DNA from: an uncultured archaeon
Lineage (GTDB): Archaea > Asgardarchaeota > Thorarchaeia > Thorarchaeales > Thorarchaeaceae
Direction: 5' to 3'
DNA length: 32,895 bases
Assembly: GCA_964610875.1 (NCBI GenBank)
Contig: CAZSWP010000041.1
Span: forward strand, 1-32,895
The notes beneath the pieces were generated by a model. It was given only the letters and a program-made list of their open reading frames with translations. It was not told the DNA's origin and made no database searches. Position 1 is the first letter of the stretch, and each line of letters begins with the position of its first letter. This document shows, in pieces, positions 1-9,207 of the stretch. Made by a program: the position numbers and the translations under genes.

Positions 1-129
1 CGGTTGAACTATCTGGAGTGTGCTAGGAGGTGACTTTTTCTACAGAGCCCAGAGTATTTGAATTGCCTCTATCTTTATTTGGTGGTTTGAATTATTAATT
101 AGACAACTAAATTAGCGAGAGTATCAAAA

Positions 130-495
130 ATGGTGGTAGAATTAGAGGACCGGAAGTATGTTTTGAAGAATTCTCTCCTCGCTATGAAAAAATCATTACT
201 AAGCTCATATGATATGAGGACTAATGTCATTGAGGAAAGATTCCTACTTGAAGCGTGGGGGGCACACCACCCAGATTACGTCGTGTTTTCAGATTATCGA
301 AGAAATGACGGATGGCGAAGAATAAGAGATGTTGCGGAAATCATTGATCGATGTCTGCGAGAACTAGATACATGTGATTACAGAACAGCTTCTAAGCTTT
401 ATTTGGATACTCTGAATTCAGTTGCTCTGCATACAAAACATGCACATCTTCTTGAAAAGCTAATTCTTGGCGAGCTAGAAGAAAAGAAAGAATAG
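130..495 (+). CDS. Hypothetical helical protein (121 aa)
   Basis: Clean ATG-started ORF after an AT-rich promoter-like region and followed by an inverted repeat; no family motif recognised. Confidence 0.75.
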   Translation: MVVELEDRKYVLKNSLLAMKKSLLSSYDMRTNVIEERFLLEAWGAHHPDYVVFSDYRRNDGWRRIRDVAEIIDRCLRELDTCDYRTASKLYLDTLNSVALHTKHAHLLEKLILGELEEKKE

Positions 496-531
496 GGAAA
501 CAGAAGGCTATTGCCTCCCGTTTGATTCCCT
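495..531. terminator. Inverted repeat between convergent genes
   Basis: AGGC-tatt-GCCT inner stem with flanking GGGAA...TTCCC, between convergent stops at 495 and 532. Confidence 0.4.
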
Positions 532-948
532 TTATACCATCCATTTGTAAGTGAGCATCTTGGCATCAATATGCTCGAATGCCAATTTTAGGTCCATACC
601 AACTTCTGGCATGCTCATCAGATTGGTTATATGTGCAGTTAATCGCAATCCAGATGGAAACTCACCAATTGCTACAACGTATGGTGCTTTGGATGTAAGA
701 CTCTCAGGAGCGAATTCAACAATTACATATGAATAGAGTTTCGCTTCACGTTCTGTGAATTCCTTTAGTTCACACTTACTCAGACATTTCTGACAATCTT
801 CACGAGGTGGAAGGTACTCTGTACCACATGAAGTGCAAACGCTCTTCATTAGTTTCTCCTGGTCCAACGCTTCCAGAAACTCTTGGAAGAATGGAGTGAC
901 TGCCTTATCAGTTGAATATCCTAAGTAGAATTCTTTTTCTTCAGCCAT
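532..948 (-). CDS. DUF35/ChsH2-like Zn-ribbon + OB-fold protein (thiolase partner)
   Basis: CTSC...PPREDCQKC zinc ribbon, then OB-fold (LYSYVIV...APYVVAIGEF...GLRLTAHI); directly after a thiolase. Start placed at ATG 948 (MAEEKE). Confidence 0.92.
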   Translation of the reverse strand: MAEEKEFYLGYSTDKAVTPFFQEFLEALDQEKLMKSVCTSCGTEYLPPREDCQKCLSKCELKEFTEREAKLYSYVIVEFAPESLTSKAPYVVAIGEFPSGLRLTAHITNLMSMPEVGMDLKLAFEHIDAKMLTYKWMV

Positions 949-950
949 AT

Positions 951-2117
951 TTACCATCCCCTTTCATATATGAAGACATTAACGAATTGTCCAGATTGAC
1001 CAACATTATGAGCTAGTCCATATTGGACATCATCAATCTGTCTTGATTGATTCTCTGCTTGTTGACGCATCTGAGTAAGTATCTCATAGGTCATCGATAC
1101 TCCTGTGGCACCAAGTGGATGACCTTTACTCTTAAGACCACCATCACAGTTAACAGGAATCTTACCATCATGGTAAACTTCCTTATTCTCTATGAGTTCG
1201 CGACCGGTTCCGGGTTCTGCAAACCCAAGGTCTTCGTAAGCGATTAGCTCTGCTATGGTGAAGCAGTCATGGACCTGAGCCATATCGATATCCTTTGGTT
1301 CCAAACCAGCCATCTTGTATGCAGCTTTGCCAGCAGATTTTGCACCAGGTATTGATGTCAGACTGTCACGGTCTTGTATCATCATTGCAGACGCTCCAGC
1401 ACCAATGCCTTTAATCCACATTGGTTCATCTGTGAATTCCTTAACGCGGTCCTCGGCAGCAATAATAACTGCAGCTGCACCATCAGTTATCAGACTACAG
1501 TCATAGAGATTCAAGGGACGACAAATCGGAATTGCATTATTTGCTTCCTCAAATGACACTTCTCTTGGAAGATGTGCCTTTGGATTCTGTGCTCCATAAT
1601 GATGAGATTTGACTGCGATTTTCGCAAGAACATCATGAGGCATGCTATATTCATGCATGTATCTCGAAGCCATTAATGCATAAAATGCGGGAAATGAGAT
1701 ACCATAAGGATACTCCCATCGCATGTCTCCTGCTTGTGACATGTATTCTGTAGCAGTTGCAGATGATACTCGGTTCATCTGCTCAACACCTAGCACAAGC
1801 ATGACATCATAAAGTCCAGCTGACACCATTCCCCAAGCCGCACGAAGGGATGCGGTCCCGGTAGTACATGCAGATTCAACTCTAAGATGAGGTTTATGAT
1901 GAAGGCCTATGTAATCAGCAATCAAGGCAGACCCAGCACCCTGACCAGTAAATTGTGAAGCAGCGTAAGAGAGAACGCTTGCATCAATCATATCCTGATG
2001 GATACCTTCATCATAGACTGGCTTGAAGGCTTCAGCGCATAGCTCTCGCATAGTTGCGTCTTTTCGTTTTCCAAACTTGCTGTGACCACCAGCCACAACA
2101 GCTACTCGTCTTGCCAT
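951..2117 (-). CDS. Acetyl-CoA acetyltransferase (archaeal/SCP2-type thiolase)
   Basis: ESACTTG catalytic Cys, DGAAA, HDCF and GHPLGATG motifs; paired with DUF35. Confidence 0.95.
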   Translation of the reverse strand: MARRVAVVAGGHSKFGKRKDATMRELCAEAFKPVYDEGIHQDMIDASVLSYAASQFTGQGAGSALIADYIGLHHKPHLRVESACTTGTASLRAAWGMVSAGLYDVMLVLGVEQMNRVSSATATEYMSQAGDMRWEYPYGISFPAFYALMASRYMHEYSMPHDVLAKIAVKSHHYGAQNPKAHLPREVSFEEANNAIPICRPLNLYDCSLITDGAAAVIIAAEDRVKEFTDEPMWIKGIGAGASAMMIQDRDSLTSIPGAKSAGKAAYKMAGLEPKDIDMAQVHDCFTIAELIAYEDLGFAEPGTGRELIENKEVYHDGKIPVNCDGGLKSKGHPLGATGVSMTYEILTQMRQQAENQSRQIDDVQYGLAHNVGQSGQFVNVFIYERGW

Positions 2118-2278
2118 TTCTGTTCCTCCCTGGGAACCAACTTGTGTCTTGTTAGCTCCTTCGGATTCATTTCAAGTTACGAAACAAACTCTTAGGGTTT
2201 CTTAAGGTTGACGGCTTAGCAAAAATAGCAGTATCAATATTAATCAGAGGGGATGTTCCTGAGAAAAATGGTGAAACT

Positions 2279-2593
2279 ATGGTCAAGCATCCAAGATACC
2301 AAGCTATGGACAATGCCCGTCAAAGTGAGATACCACGTGCTTTTGCTAAATACTGTGGAAAAGAATTCGAGATAAAGCGTATTGAGCCAGTCAGAGAGAA
2401 AGATCCAAAACCAGGACCAATTCCGCGTCCAACGTTTCAGATTCTCAATGCATCTGGGACTCTTGTTGCTCACTTCCATCCCAATGGGTACTCCGAATGT
2501 CATGATGAGTCATTCAGAAACATATATGAAAAAATGAAGGATGCTATTGAAAAAGCTGCACAACGAGCTCTTGAAGAATATGAAGGGCACTAA
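2279..2593 (+). CDS. Hypothetical protein (104 aa)
   Basis: ATG preceded by GGTGA RBS; protein-like composition; no family recognised. Confidence 0.75.
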   Translation: MVKHPRYQAMDNARQSEIPRAFAKYCGKEFEIKRIEPVREKDPKPGPIPRPTFQILNASGTLVAHFHPNGYSECHDESFRNIYEKMKDAIEKAAQRALEEYEGH

Positions 2594-2595
2594 GT

Positions 2596-2776
2596 TGTAT
2601 CAACGGTTTGGGCAAAGCAATACTCACGCATAGTCTGAAAGAATTTTTGAATGAAGAAGATATTCATGAAATTCGCATTGATGTGACTTTAGCAAATCCA
2701 GCCAAGCGCATCTAATGATTGGGCAGGTTTCAAAGAAACTAGGAGATACTCTGTCTTTAACTTGGTATTAGAATAA
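2596..2776 (+). pseudogene. C-terminal remnant of a GNAT acetyltransferase with a frameshift
   Basis: Translates as NGLGKAILTHSLKEFLNEEDIHEIRIDVTLANPAKRI; removing one A at 2714/2715 continues YDWAGFKETRRYSVFNLVLE*. This matches GNAT motifs A/B (GxGK...NPAxxxYxxxGF). No start codon or N-terminal half. Confidence 0.75.
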
Positions 2777-2824
2777 ATGACGGAAAAAAGAGATAGGGAC
2801 CCGCAACTGCGGGTCACAAATATT

Positions 2825-3637
2825 TCATTCTCCAGTAAACTTACCGCGACGCTTCTCAAAGACTGCTGAAATACCTTCAGCAAGGTCCTTTGTGCCAAAG
2901 CAGGCAACACCAGCTTTTGTTTCGAATTCAAGATTATCATCATAATCTTCTTCAAAAGCCATGTGTGTGGCTTCCTTTGCCCATTTCAATGCTACTGGAG
3001 CATTACCACCCAGCTTTGCACCATACCACATTGCTTGACTCAGTAGCTCATCCTTAGATACAACCTTACTAACAAGGCCCATCTGTAGAGCTTCGTCAGC
3101 AGTCACTTGACCACCTGTTAGAATCAATTCCATCGCTTTGCCTAATCCTATGATACGTGGAAGTCGCATGCATCCACCCCATGCAGGGATTAGTCCAAGA
3201 CTTACCTCAGGTGTTCCTATCTTAGATTCCGTATCACATATACGGATATCAGCAGCAAGAGCAATTTCTGTACCACCACCCAGGCAAAGACCATGAATAG
3301 CAGCGATTACTGGTTTACTTAACTTAGCAATTTTGTCAATTGCTTCTTGACCTTTCTCAAGTAATGGCTTTACTTCATCGCCCTTTCCAAGATAGCTCTG
3401 TGCCATCTTAAGATCAGCGCCAGTACAGTAGACTTTCTCGTGAGCAGAAGCAAGCACAACTGAACGAACTTCAGGGTCTTTTTCTGCTTCTTCGAGAGCA
3501 GCAACCAAATCTGTAATGAATTGATCATTGATACTGTTCAATGCATCTACACGATTGAACTTGATTACTGCTACGTTCTTCGCAGGTGAGAGGAACGAGC
3601 CCTCCTTTGAGTATAACATTGTCTCGAATTCTGGCAT
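2825..3637 (-). CDS. Enoyl-CoA hydratase/isomerase (crotonase)
   Basis: FNRVDALNSIN, YCTGADL, KPVIAAIHGLCLGGGTEIALAADIR, PEVSLGLIPAWGG; both catalytic Glu present. Confidence 0.96.
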   Translation of the reverse strand: MPEFETMLYSKEGSFLSPAKNVAVIKFNRVDALNSINDQFITDLVAALEEAEKDPEVRSVVLASAHEKVYCTGADLKMAQSYLGKGDEVKPLLEKGQEAIDKIAKLSKPVIAAIHGLCLGGGTEIALAADIRICDTESKIGTPEVSLGLIPAWGGCMRLPRIIGLGKAMELILTGGQVTADEALQMGLVSKVVSKDELLSQAMWYGAKLGGNAPVALKWAKEATHMAFEEDYDDNLEFETKAGVACFGTKDLAEGISAVFEKRRGKFTGE

Positions 3638-3721
3638 ATGTCAATCTCTCCATGAGACTATAACTATCCCGTTACAATCCCACCTTATAAACACCGTTCA
3701 TGAAATAAAATAAAAAGAGAG

Positions 3722-3742
3722 ATGCAGGGAATCACCCTGCAT
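3722..3742 (-). terminator. Hairpin plus U-tract after the 3-hydroxyacyl-CoA dehydrogenase gene
   Basis: ATGCAGGG-aatca-CCCTGCAT perfect 8-bp stem, followed on the minus strand by a pyrimidine/T tract. Confidence 0.65.
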
Positions 3743-3754
3743 GTATGTTATGGA

Positions 3755-4882
3755 CTATTCTAACATTTTAGGTAGTGAATAGCACTCACCATGTTCATCG
3801 TAGAGTTTCTGAATCTCTGCTTTCACTTTGTCCATGCCCATCTCATTTGCCATTTCAAATGGACCAGCAGGAAAACTTGCACCAAGTTTCATGGCTTGAT
3901 CAATGTCATCCTTCTCAGCGATACCTTCGTCAACAAGAATCATAGCTTCTCTAATCACAGGGATTTTTATTCTTGTCACTAGCCAATCCTGATCAACACC
4001 TTTTGGTGGCTCTGGTTCAACTTGAGTTCCACCATATTCGTAGAACCCTTTCTTGGATTTTGTGCCAATTGCGCCAGAATCAACCAAGTTCTTTAATGTT
4101 TCAGGAGGCTTGAAACAATCACCTAGTTCTCGATAGAGAGTACTCATTGCATTGTATGCAATATCTAATCCAACGAAATCACCCAGACTGAAGGGACCAG
4201 CTGGAAACTTTGCAATTGTTGTCATTGCGATGTCAATTTCTTCCTTGGTAGCAACATCCTTTTCATAGAGAATTATTGCTTCTCTAAGCACAGGCATGAG
4301 GATTCTATTAACGATGAATCCAGGACTGTTCTTAGCTTTAACAGGTATCTTCCCCTGTTTTTCTCCAACAGCAACTGCAGCATCAATGGTGTCCTGACTG
4401 GTTTTTTCACCAATCACGATTTCAATCAGCTTCATAGCTGCGACTGGTGAAAAGTAGTGCATACCAATGAAGTTCTCGGGATGCTTGGTAGCAGTTGCTA
4501 ATTCGTCGATGCTTAGTGAGGAAGTATTGGTCGCTAGAATCGCATGCTCAGGTGCATTCTCGGCAACTTCAGAGAATACTTTCTTCTTGATTTCCATATT
4601 CTCAAAGATAGCCTCAATGATAAGATCAGCTTCTTTCACAGCTTCACCAACATTTGTTGTACCACTGAGATTGGCCATCAGGTCCTGTGCTTCAGCCAGA
4701 GACAGCTTACCCTTGTCAACACCAGTCATCACATCATTACGGATACGTTCCATACCTGTATCGAGTGCTTCTTGGTTTACATCAACAAGGGTTACCTTGA
4801 ACCCTTTGCCAGCTGAAACATATGCGATACCAGATCCCATAAGACCCGCACCGATAATTGCAATCTTATTGATCGCCATCAA
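3755..4882 (-). CDS. 3-hydroxyacyl-CoA dehydrogenase with duplicated C-terminal domain
   Basis: GAGLMGSGIA Rossmann motif, EAIFE, ATNTSSL, GMHYFSP, PGFIVNR; second C-terminal domain repeats REA...IDxAM...FPAGPF. Confidence 0.96.
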   Translation of the reverse strand: MMAINKIAIIGAGLMGSGIAYVSAGKGFKVTLVDVNQEALDTGMERIRNDVMTGVDKGKLSLAEAQDLMANLSGTTNVGEAVKEADLIIEAIFENMEIKKKVFSEVAENAPEHAILATNTSSLSIDELATATKHPENFIGMHYFSPVAAMKLIEIVIGEKTSQDTIDAAVAVGEKQGKIPVKAKNSPGFIVNRILMPVLREAIILYEKDVATKEEIDIAMTTIAKFPAGPFSLGDFVGLDIAYNAMSTLYRELGDCFKPPETLKNLVDSGAIGTKSKKGFYEYGGTQVEPEPPKGVDQDWLVTRIKIPVIREAMILVDEGIAEKDDIDQAMKLGASFPAGPFEMANEMGMDKVKAEIQKLYDEHGECYSLPKMLE

Positions 4883-4891
4883 GTGTACCTC

Positions 4892-5251
4892 CTACATAGC
4901 TCCCATCATTGCAGCTAATATCAGGTTAGCCAATGGGTCACTCTCATGAGCATTTCCAATGACTACTAGACTACCATCTTTCATTGTTTGCTTGAAAGGA
5001 ACTTCACCGGTAAAGATGCCCAGAAGCACGTCAGAGTTTGCTTTGTAGATGACATCAGGAGATGGATAGACACCATCATGCAGATTCATCCCAGAGTGCG
5101 TTATCACGATATACTGGTCACCTTCCTCTGTATGTACCTGAAGGATTTTCCCATGATAAGGTCCAATCCACTCAGCGAGTAGTTTCTTCAGGTCATCTTT
5201 CTCACGGACTTTCGCCATTAGGAATTTGAAAAATTCTTGTAGTTGTGACAT
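4892..5251 (-). CDS. SCP2 sterol/lipid-binding domain protein
   Basis: PDVIYKANSDVLLGIFTGEVPFKQTMKDGSLVVIGN matches the SCP2 C-terminal pattern; start at ATG 5251 after GGAGG. Confidence 0.8.
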   Translation of the reverse strand: MSQLQEFFKFLMAKVREKDDLKKLLAEWIGPYHGKILQVHTEEGDQYIVITHSGMNLHDGVYPSPDVIYKANSDVLLGIFTGEVPFKQTMKDGSLVVIGNAHESDPLANLILAAMMGAM

Positions 5252-5256
5252 CTTTC

Positions 5257-5529
5257 TTATTCCTCCTTCTTCATCCAATCGTCAATTGCTTCCTCCAATA
5301 CATCATCGACAGTTGATGCCCAGAAGTTACCCTTTCGTTTCTTTACTTCTTTTAGGAAAGCCTCATATTTTGGATTCTCCATGAGTACAACAATTCTACC
5401 TTTCCGGTCATTGATGAATGATTGGAATATCATCTTCTTGCTGGACCAGTATTCATGTTCTATGTCTTCCTCTTTCAAAAAGGGATAAAAAGGCCATTCA
5501 CCAGTAGGATGTTTTCTAAACTTAGCCAT
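5257..5529 (-). CDS. Small protein with C-terminal ribbon-helix-helix-like segment
   Basis: RIVVLMENPKYEAFLKEVKKRKG...TVDDVLEEAIDDWM fits a strand-helix-helix pattern; TAATG coupling to the upstream gene. Confidence 0.6.
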   Translation of the reverse strand: MAKFRKHPTGEWPFYPFLKEEDIEHEYWSSKKMIFQSFINDRKGRIVVLMENPKYEAFLKEVKKRKGNFWASTVDDVLEEAIDDWMKKEE

Positions 5530-5786
5530 TAGTCAGACCTCCATTCTTTTACAGTTCCACCTTCAGCTTCCTTGAATCCGGGACGGAAAGGCCACTGCAC
5601 ACAAAAGCGCATTCCTTTTACTCCATCCTCTTCGCCTCGAGACCACCGGCCAGTATATACTCGGCCACCAGTGTTGTTAGCGAATTGCTCCATAACACAA
5701 ATAATAAGACCTTCAACACTCAGACCAGATTCCTCAGCGAGTTCTTTGAGGTTCTCCATAGTTTTGTCATCAAACTTCAAATCCAT
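5529..5786 (-). CDS. Small protein with N-terminal CopG/RHH-like segment
   Basis: MDLKFDDKTMENLKELAEESGLSVEGLIICVMEQF is an RHH-like pattern; GAGGAG RBS. Confidence 0.65.
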   Translation of the reverse strand: MDLKFDDKTMENLKELAEESGLSVEGLIICVMEQFANNTGGRVYTGRWSRGEEDGVKGMRFCVQWPFRPGFKEAEGGTVKEWRSD

Positions 5787-5789
5787 AAA

Positions 5790-6551
5790 TCACTCCTCCT
5801 CATCCCTGAAAGCAAGACGCCTGTAGGGTTTACCCCATCTTTCTTCATACATGAGTCCTTCAAGGGGAGCTCTGCTTGGACCGAGCGCTCTTGGTGAAAC
5901 TCTCTGACCAATACAGAATGCTGTAAGTGGAGTCCAGATTGGAGGTATTCCCAATCTGTCACGCACGAGTTCTGCATGCCTCGGATCAGAACAGACCAGA
6001 GCTTCGTATCCACATCCATATCCAAGTTCTGTTGCAGTTAACCACATATTTTGAATAGCCATTCCGCATACTACTGAACCAAATAGCTCATTTGGATACA
6101 GATATCCAGCGTCATGCCATGCTTCGCTTGCACAGACAATGATTACTGTGTCACTCTTTTCAGGATACCTGAATAGCTCACCATCTCTGAGCCGTGCATA
6201 TACTGCAGCTCGATATGGATCACTAATGAACCAATTTCTACCACTTGTCAGTTCAAATGGAGCTCCACCAAATGCGGTTTGAGCCATTTCCTGAGCAATG
6301 TCAGCTAGAAATTCCTTGGTTTCCTGATCATCTCGTATCACAACGAACCGCATCATTAGCATATTTTCTGGACTAGGCGCATGTCTTGCCGCCTCCAGTA
6401 TCATTTCGATGTGTTCGTCGGGGATTTTCTCGCCGGTAAACTCTCTAATAGAGCGCCTCTCTCGAATCCATTTCAAGGTCTGCATTTCACCAGACACTTG
6501 GGTTGTATCCTCGGCCTTACCGGCTGATTCAGACTTAGCATCAGCAGCCAA
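5790..6551 (-). CDS. Nitroreductase-family flavoprotein
   Basis: RRSIREF, LEAARHAPS..N...RFVVI, AIQNMWLTATELGYG; TTG start with GAGGT RBS. Confidence 0.92.
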   Translation of the reverse strand: MAADAKSESAGKAEDTTQVSGEMQTLKWIRERRSIREFTGEKIPDEHIEMILEAARHAPSPENMLMMRFVVIRDDQETKEFLADIAQEMAQTAFGGAPFELTSGRNWFISDPYRAAVYARLRDGELFRYPEKSDTVIIVCASEAWHDAGYLYPNELFGSVVCGMAIQNMWLTATELGYGCGYEALVCSDPRHAELVRDRLGIPPIWTPLTAFCIGQRVSPRALGPSRAPLEGLMYEERWGKPYRRLAFRDEEE

Positions 6552-6730
6552 TATTATTACCTCTCGAAATCATTTTCGTAGATAAATGGTATCACATGAA
6601 TGCTGACATAAATACTCTCCGAACAATTGTCGAAAATCGACATTTTGTAACCCAGCATTGAAAATTGCAGTTTGCGAAGAAAGAGTTGAGAAAAAGATGA
6701 TTGAGGATGTCAAACCTGTCTAGACATCAC

Positions 6731-7486
6731 TCACATCTCTGAAGGATACTCTATATCTTCCACTTGAGTCCATTCTTTTGGAGGTCCAGCCATAAGGAAT
6801 AATGCAGCAACCACAAACAGTTCGATTAATGCATTAAATGGAGAAAACGCAATAAAGGCGGGAACTACAATTAGAATGAATGCAACTACTTTCGCAACGA
6901 TGTCGTCGACTATTACATCCTCAAGCATAAAGACCATTATAGCAGTAAATACCATCAATAAACCAACCAAGCCATAACAAATGATTAATGTGATTAACAT
7001 ACCAGGAATTGTTCCGTACATGAAAACCCCAGTAACTTCATTATAGAACACAGGATTAGATTCATTCATAACAAGAAGTACTGCCGCAGCTAAGTACGGA
7101 ATTGCTATCACTATTGATAATATCAAACAGAGAATCGCTGTGTTTGCTTTGAAATTCTTGTATACTCCATAATATCCAACGCTTTGTATGAGTGTTCCAA
7201 TTGCTACACCCACAAAAGATGGAACTAGAGGTTCAGCATTATACAGCACTTGCCCTGAAGCAATAATATTGAGCAGGGGAAGAAAGCTGAAAACTGCTAC
7301 AATCGCTGATATTGCTCCAAAGAAAAGAGGTTTCTTGTCAAAATTCTCAACTTGCCTTTGAATTGCACCACTAGCACATTCCAAGTGAACAGGAACTCCC
7401 CTATAGTTAACAATTTCGTGACCTCGCAATTCCTTTCCACAAAGGACACATCTTGCTGCGCCTTTCTCTTTTATCTCACTATCCAT
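6731..7486 (-). CDS. Multi-pass membrane protein with N-terminal CxxC-x17-HxxC zinc finger
   Basis: CVLC...HLEC followed by about 5-6 hydrophobic segments. Confidence 0.8.
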   Translation of the reverse strand: MDSEIKEKGAARCVLCGKELRGHEIVNYRGVPVHLECASGAIQRQVENFDKKPLFFGAISAIVAVFSFLPLLNIIASGQVLYNAEPLVPSFVGVAIGTLIQSVGYYGVYKNFKANTAILCLILSIVIAIPYLAAAVLLVMNESNPVFYNEVTGVFMYGTIPGMLITLIICYGLVGLLMVFTAIMVFMLEDVIVDDIVAKVVAFILIVVPAFIAFSPFNALIELFVVAALFLMAGPPKEWTQVEDIEYPSEM

Positions 7487-7601
7487 TTCTAATCAACCAC
7501 GATTCTGAAATTCAGCATTATAAATTTCTATGATTGAATTGTTTTGAAATAAGAAAAGGTTTGTCCCACAATATCTCTACTTTCAATAGATTATGTTCTT
7601 A

Positions 7602-7931
7602 TTACGATGAAGATTCGATTTTATCTATCTCAGACCATTCTTTTGGTATTTCGGCTTTCAGGAACATGAATGCTACAAGCAGAAATTCTGGTAAGGGACT
7701 AAAGTGTGTAAAGGCAAAAAACATTGAAAATCTTACAAGAACAACCAACCATGTTGCAATATTCCTTTTCAGCATGACATCCTGAAGTAAGGACACTACA
7801 TATGCAATAAAGACCATCGCTATTGAAACAAAACCGTATGCAGCGAGAAGAGTGACACTCATCTGTGGGATTGTATTGACTAGAATGTGGCTATCGACCG
7901 AGTCACGGTATTGAGGGTCATATCCGTGTAG
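7602..7931 (-). pseudogene. 5'-truncated tandem paralog of the 6731-7486 membrane protein
   Basis: TIPQMSVTLLAAYGFVSIAMVF...FLKAEIPKEWSEIDKIE aligns with TIPGMLITLIICYGLVGLLMVF...FLMAGPPKEWTQVEDIE; similarity runs back to an in-frame TAA at 7934-7932; N-terminal half absent. Confidence 0.75.
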
Positions 7932-8144
7932 TTATTCTAATATTCAATTCTTTTTCATCTAACTACGCAAAAAATAGGTGAATTCAAACTATATCTGTAT
8001 CCATCTCAGTGTAATGTCGAGAGCTTACGCCAATATTGGGTGAGTATTAGCTCGACCATACAAGATGACATATTGAGGAATTAATGGTAGAGATGTGGAA
8101 CACACAATCACTCTCCCGGCGAATGTGAGTATCCACCTTTTTTT

Positions 8145-8164
8145 GGGGAGCTGGAAAGCTCCTC
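8145..8164. terminator. Hairpin downstream of the ACD-DRTGG operon
   Basis: GGAGCT-ggaa-AGCTCC stem about 10 nt past the stop at 8173, beside a T7 run on the plus strand. Confidence 0.5.
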
Positions 8165-8172
8165 ATATCTCA

Positions 8173-9207
8173 TCACAGGTCTAAACGAGAGAAATCAAGT
8201 GCATTTCCAACAATCTTCTCAATTATAGGCACCTTTCCAAGATTCTTAGAAGATACTGTTCCCAATAATGAGTCGACAATTTTGCTAGTGGTATAGGTAT
8301 CATAAGCAGTCATCATGATAGGAATACCAATCTCGCGTGCATGAGATAGTGTGCGTATCTCAGGTCCAACACCACCTGTAAGAATTAAGAGATTTGTATC
8401 AGTTTCCATGGCGGCTAGACAAATATCTGCACGGTCACCACTTGTGATGACTGCTTTATCCTTTGCACGACGGAACCACTTCAATGCATTCTCGGGACCC
8501 ATACTTCCTACCATAAATTGATCAATGGTCAAGTTCAGTTTGTCCTCACCAAGCACCATCTGTCCATCAAGTGATTCTAAGATTTCACCAATAGTTGGAC
8601 TAAATAACTCTCGGTTCGTGAAAATTGTACCTAAGAGGGTCATCCCATTCTCAGTGACAAAAGCCGTTACCTTTTCTTCTACAGTGTTTTTCAACATTGG
8701 AGGAACCATATTGAGTACAATGTATATCTTCTTGCCCTCTTCGGATTTGAAAAGACTCTGTTGTAACAATATATCATCAATGGCTGAAACATCTGGAAAG
8801 TTCACAAGACAGATTACATGTGCAGCAAACATATTCACTAGCTCTGGTGCGGATAGATTAACATGCATTAGATTCCAAGGTGCTTTAGGTCCTTCAATGA
8901 GAACAACATCTTTACCTTTACCAACCTCATTATAGGATTGAGCAAGTTGTTCCTGCAACTTCTTAGCGCCAATTTTGAGTAATTCGTCAAAACTTGAGCC
9001 AATACGATGTATTGGACATATCACTTCAGTTGGTGTATCCATATCAAGTACTTGCTTCATCACTGCAGCATCTTCATCATCTTGACGACCAACAGGCTTC
9101 AGATATCCGACTTTCATACCCTTTTCCTTGAGATGTTTTGCCAATGCAAGGACGACCATCGTTTTTCCAGTCAGTGTTTCGCCGCTTACTACAATATTTG
9201 CGACCAT
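8173..9207 (-). CDS. Phosphotransacetylase N-terminal-like protein (BioD-like P-loop + DRTGG domain)
   Basis: SGETLTGKT, GYLKPVG, VLIEG, ITSGDRADI...LILTGG; TAATG-coupled to ACD, a typical archaeal pairing. Confidence 0.92.
   Translation of the reverse strand: MVANIVVSGETLTGKTMVVLALAKHLKEKGMKVGYLKPVGRQDDEDAAVMKQVLDMDTPTEVICPIHRIGSSFDELLKIGAKKLQEQLAQSYNEVGKGKDVVLIEGPKAPWNLMHVNLSAPELVNMFAAHVICLVNFPDVSAIDDILLQQSLFKSEEGKKIYIVLNMVPPMLKNTVEEKVTAFVTENGMTLLGTIFTNRELFSPTIGEILESLDGQMVLGEDKLNLTIDQFMVGSMGPENALKWFRRAKDKAVITSGDRADICLAAMETDTNLLILTGGVGPEIRTLSHAREIGIPIMMTAYDTYTTSKIVDSLLGTVSSKNLGKVPIIEKIVGNALDFSRLDL

Noticed and set aside
2689-2955. 88-aa minus-strand ORF and the many similar short antisense ORFs in the track
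   Set aside because: They overlap well-supported genes in other frames and show no motifs.
8145-8170. Minus-strand ATGA followed by a hairpin as a second SECIS
   Set aside because: No 3' GA or A-rich loop, and no in-frame TGA in the upstream genes.
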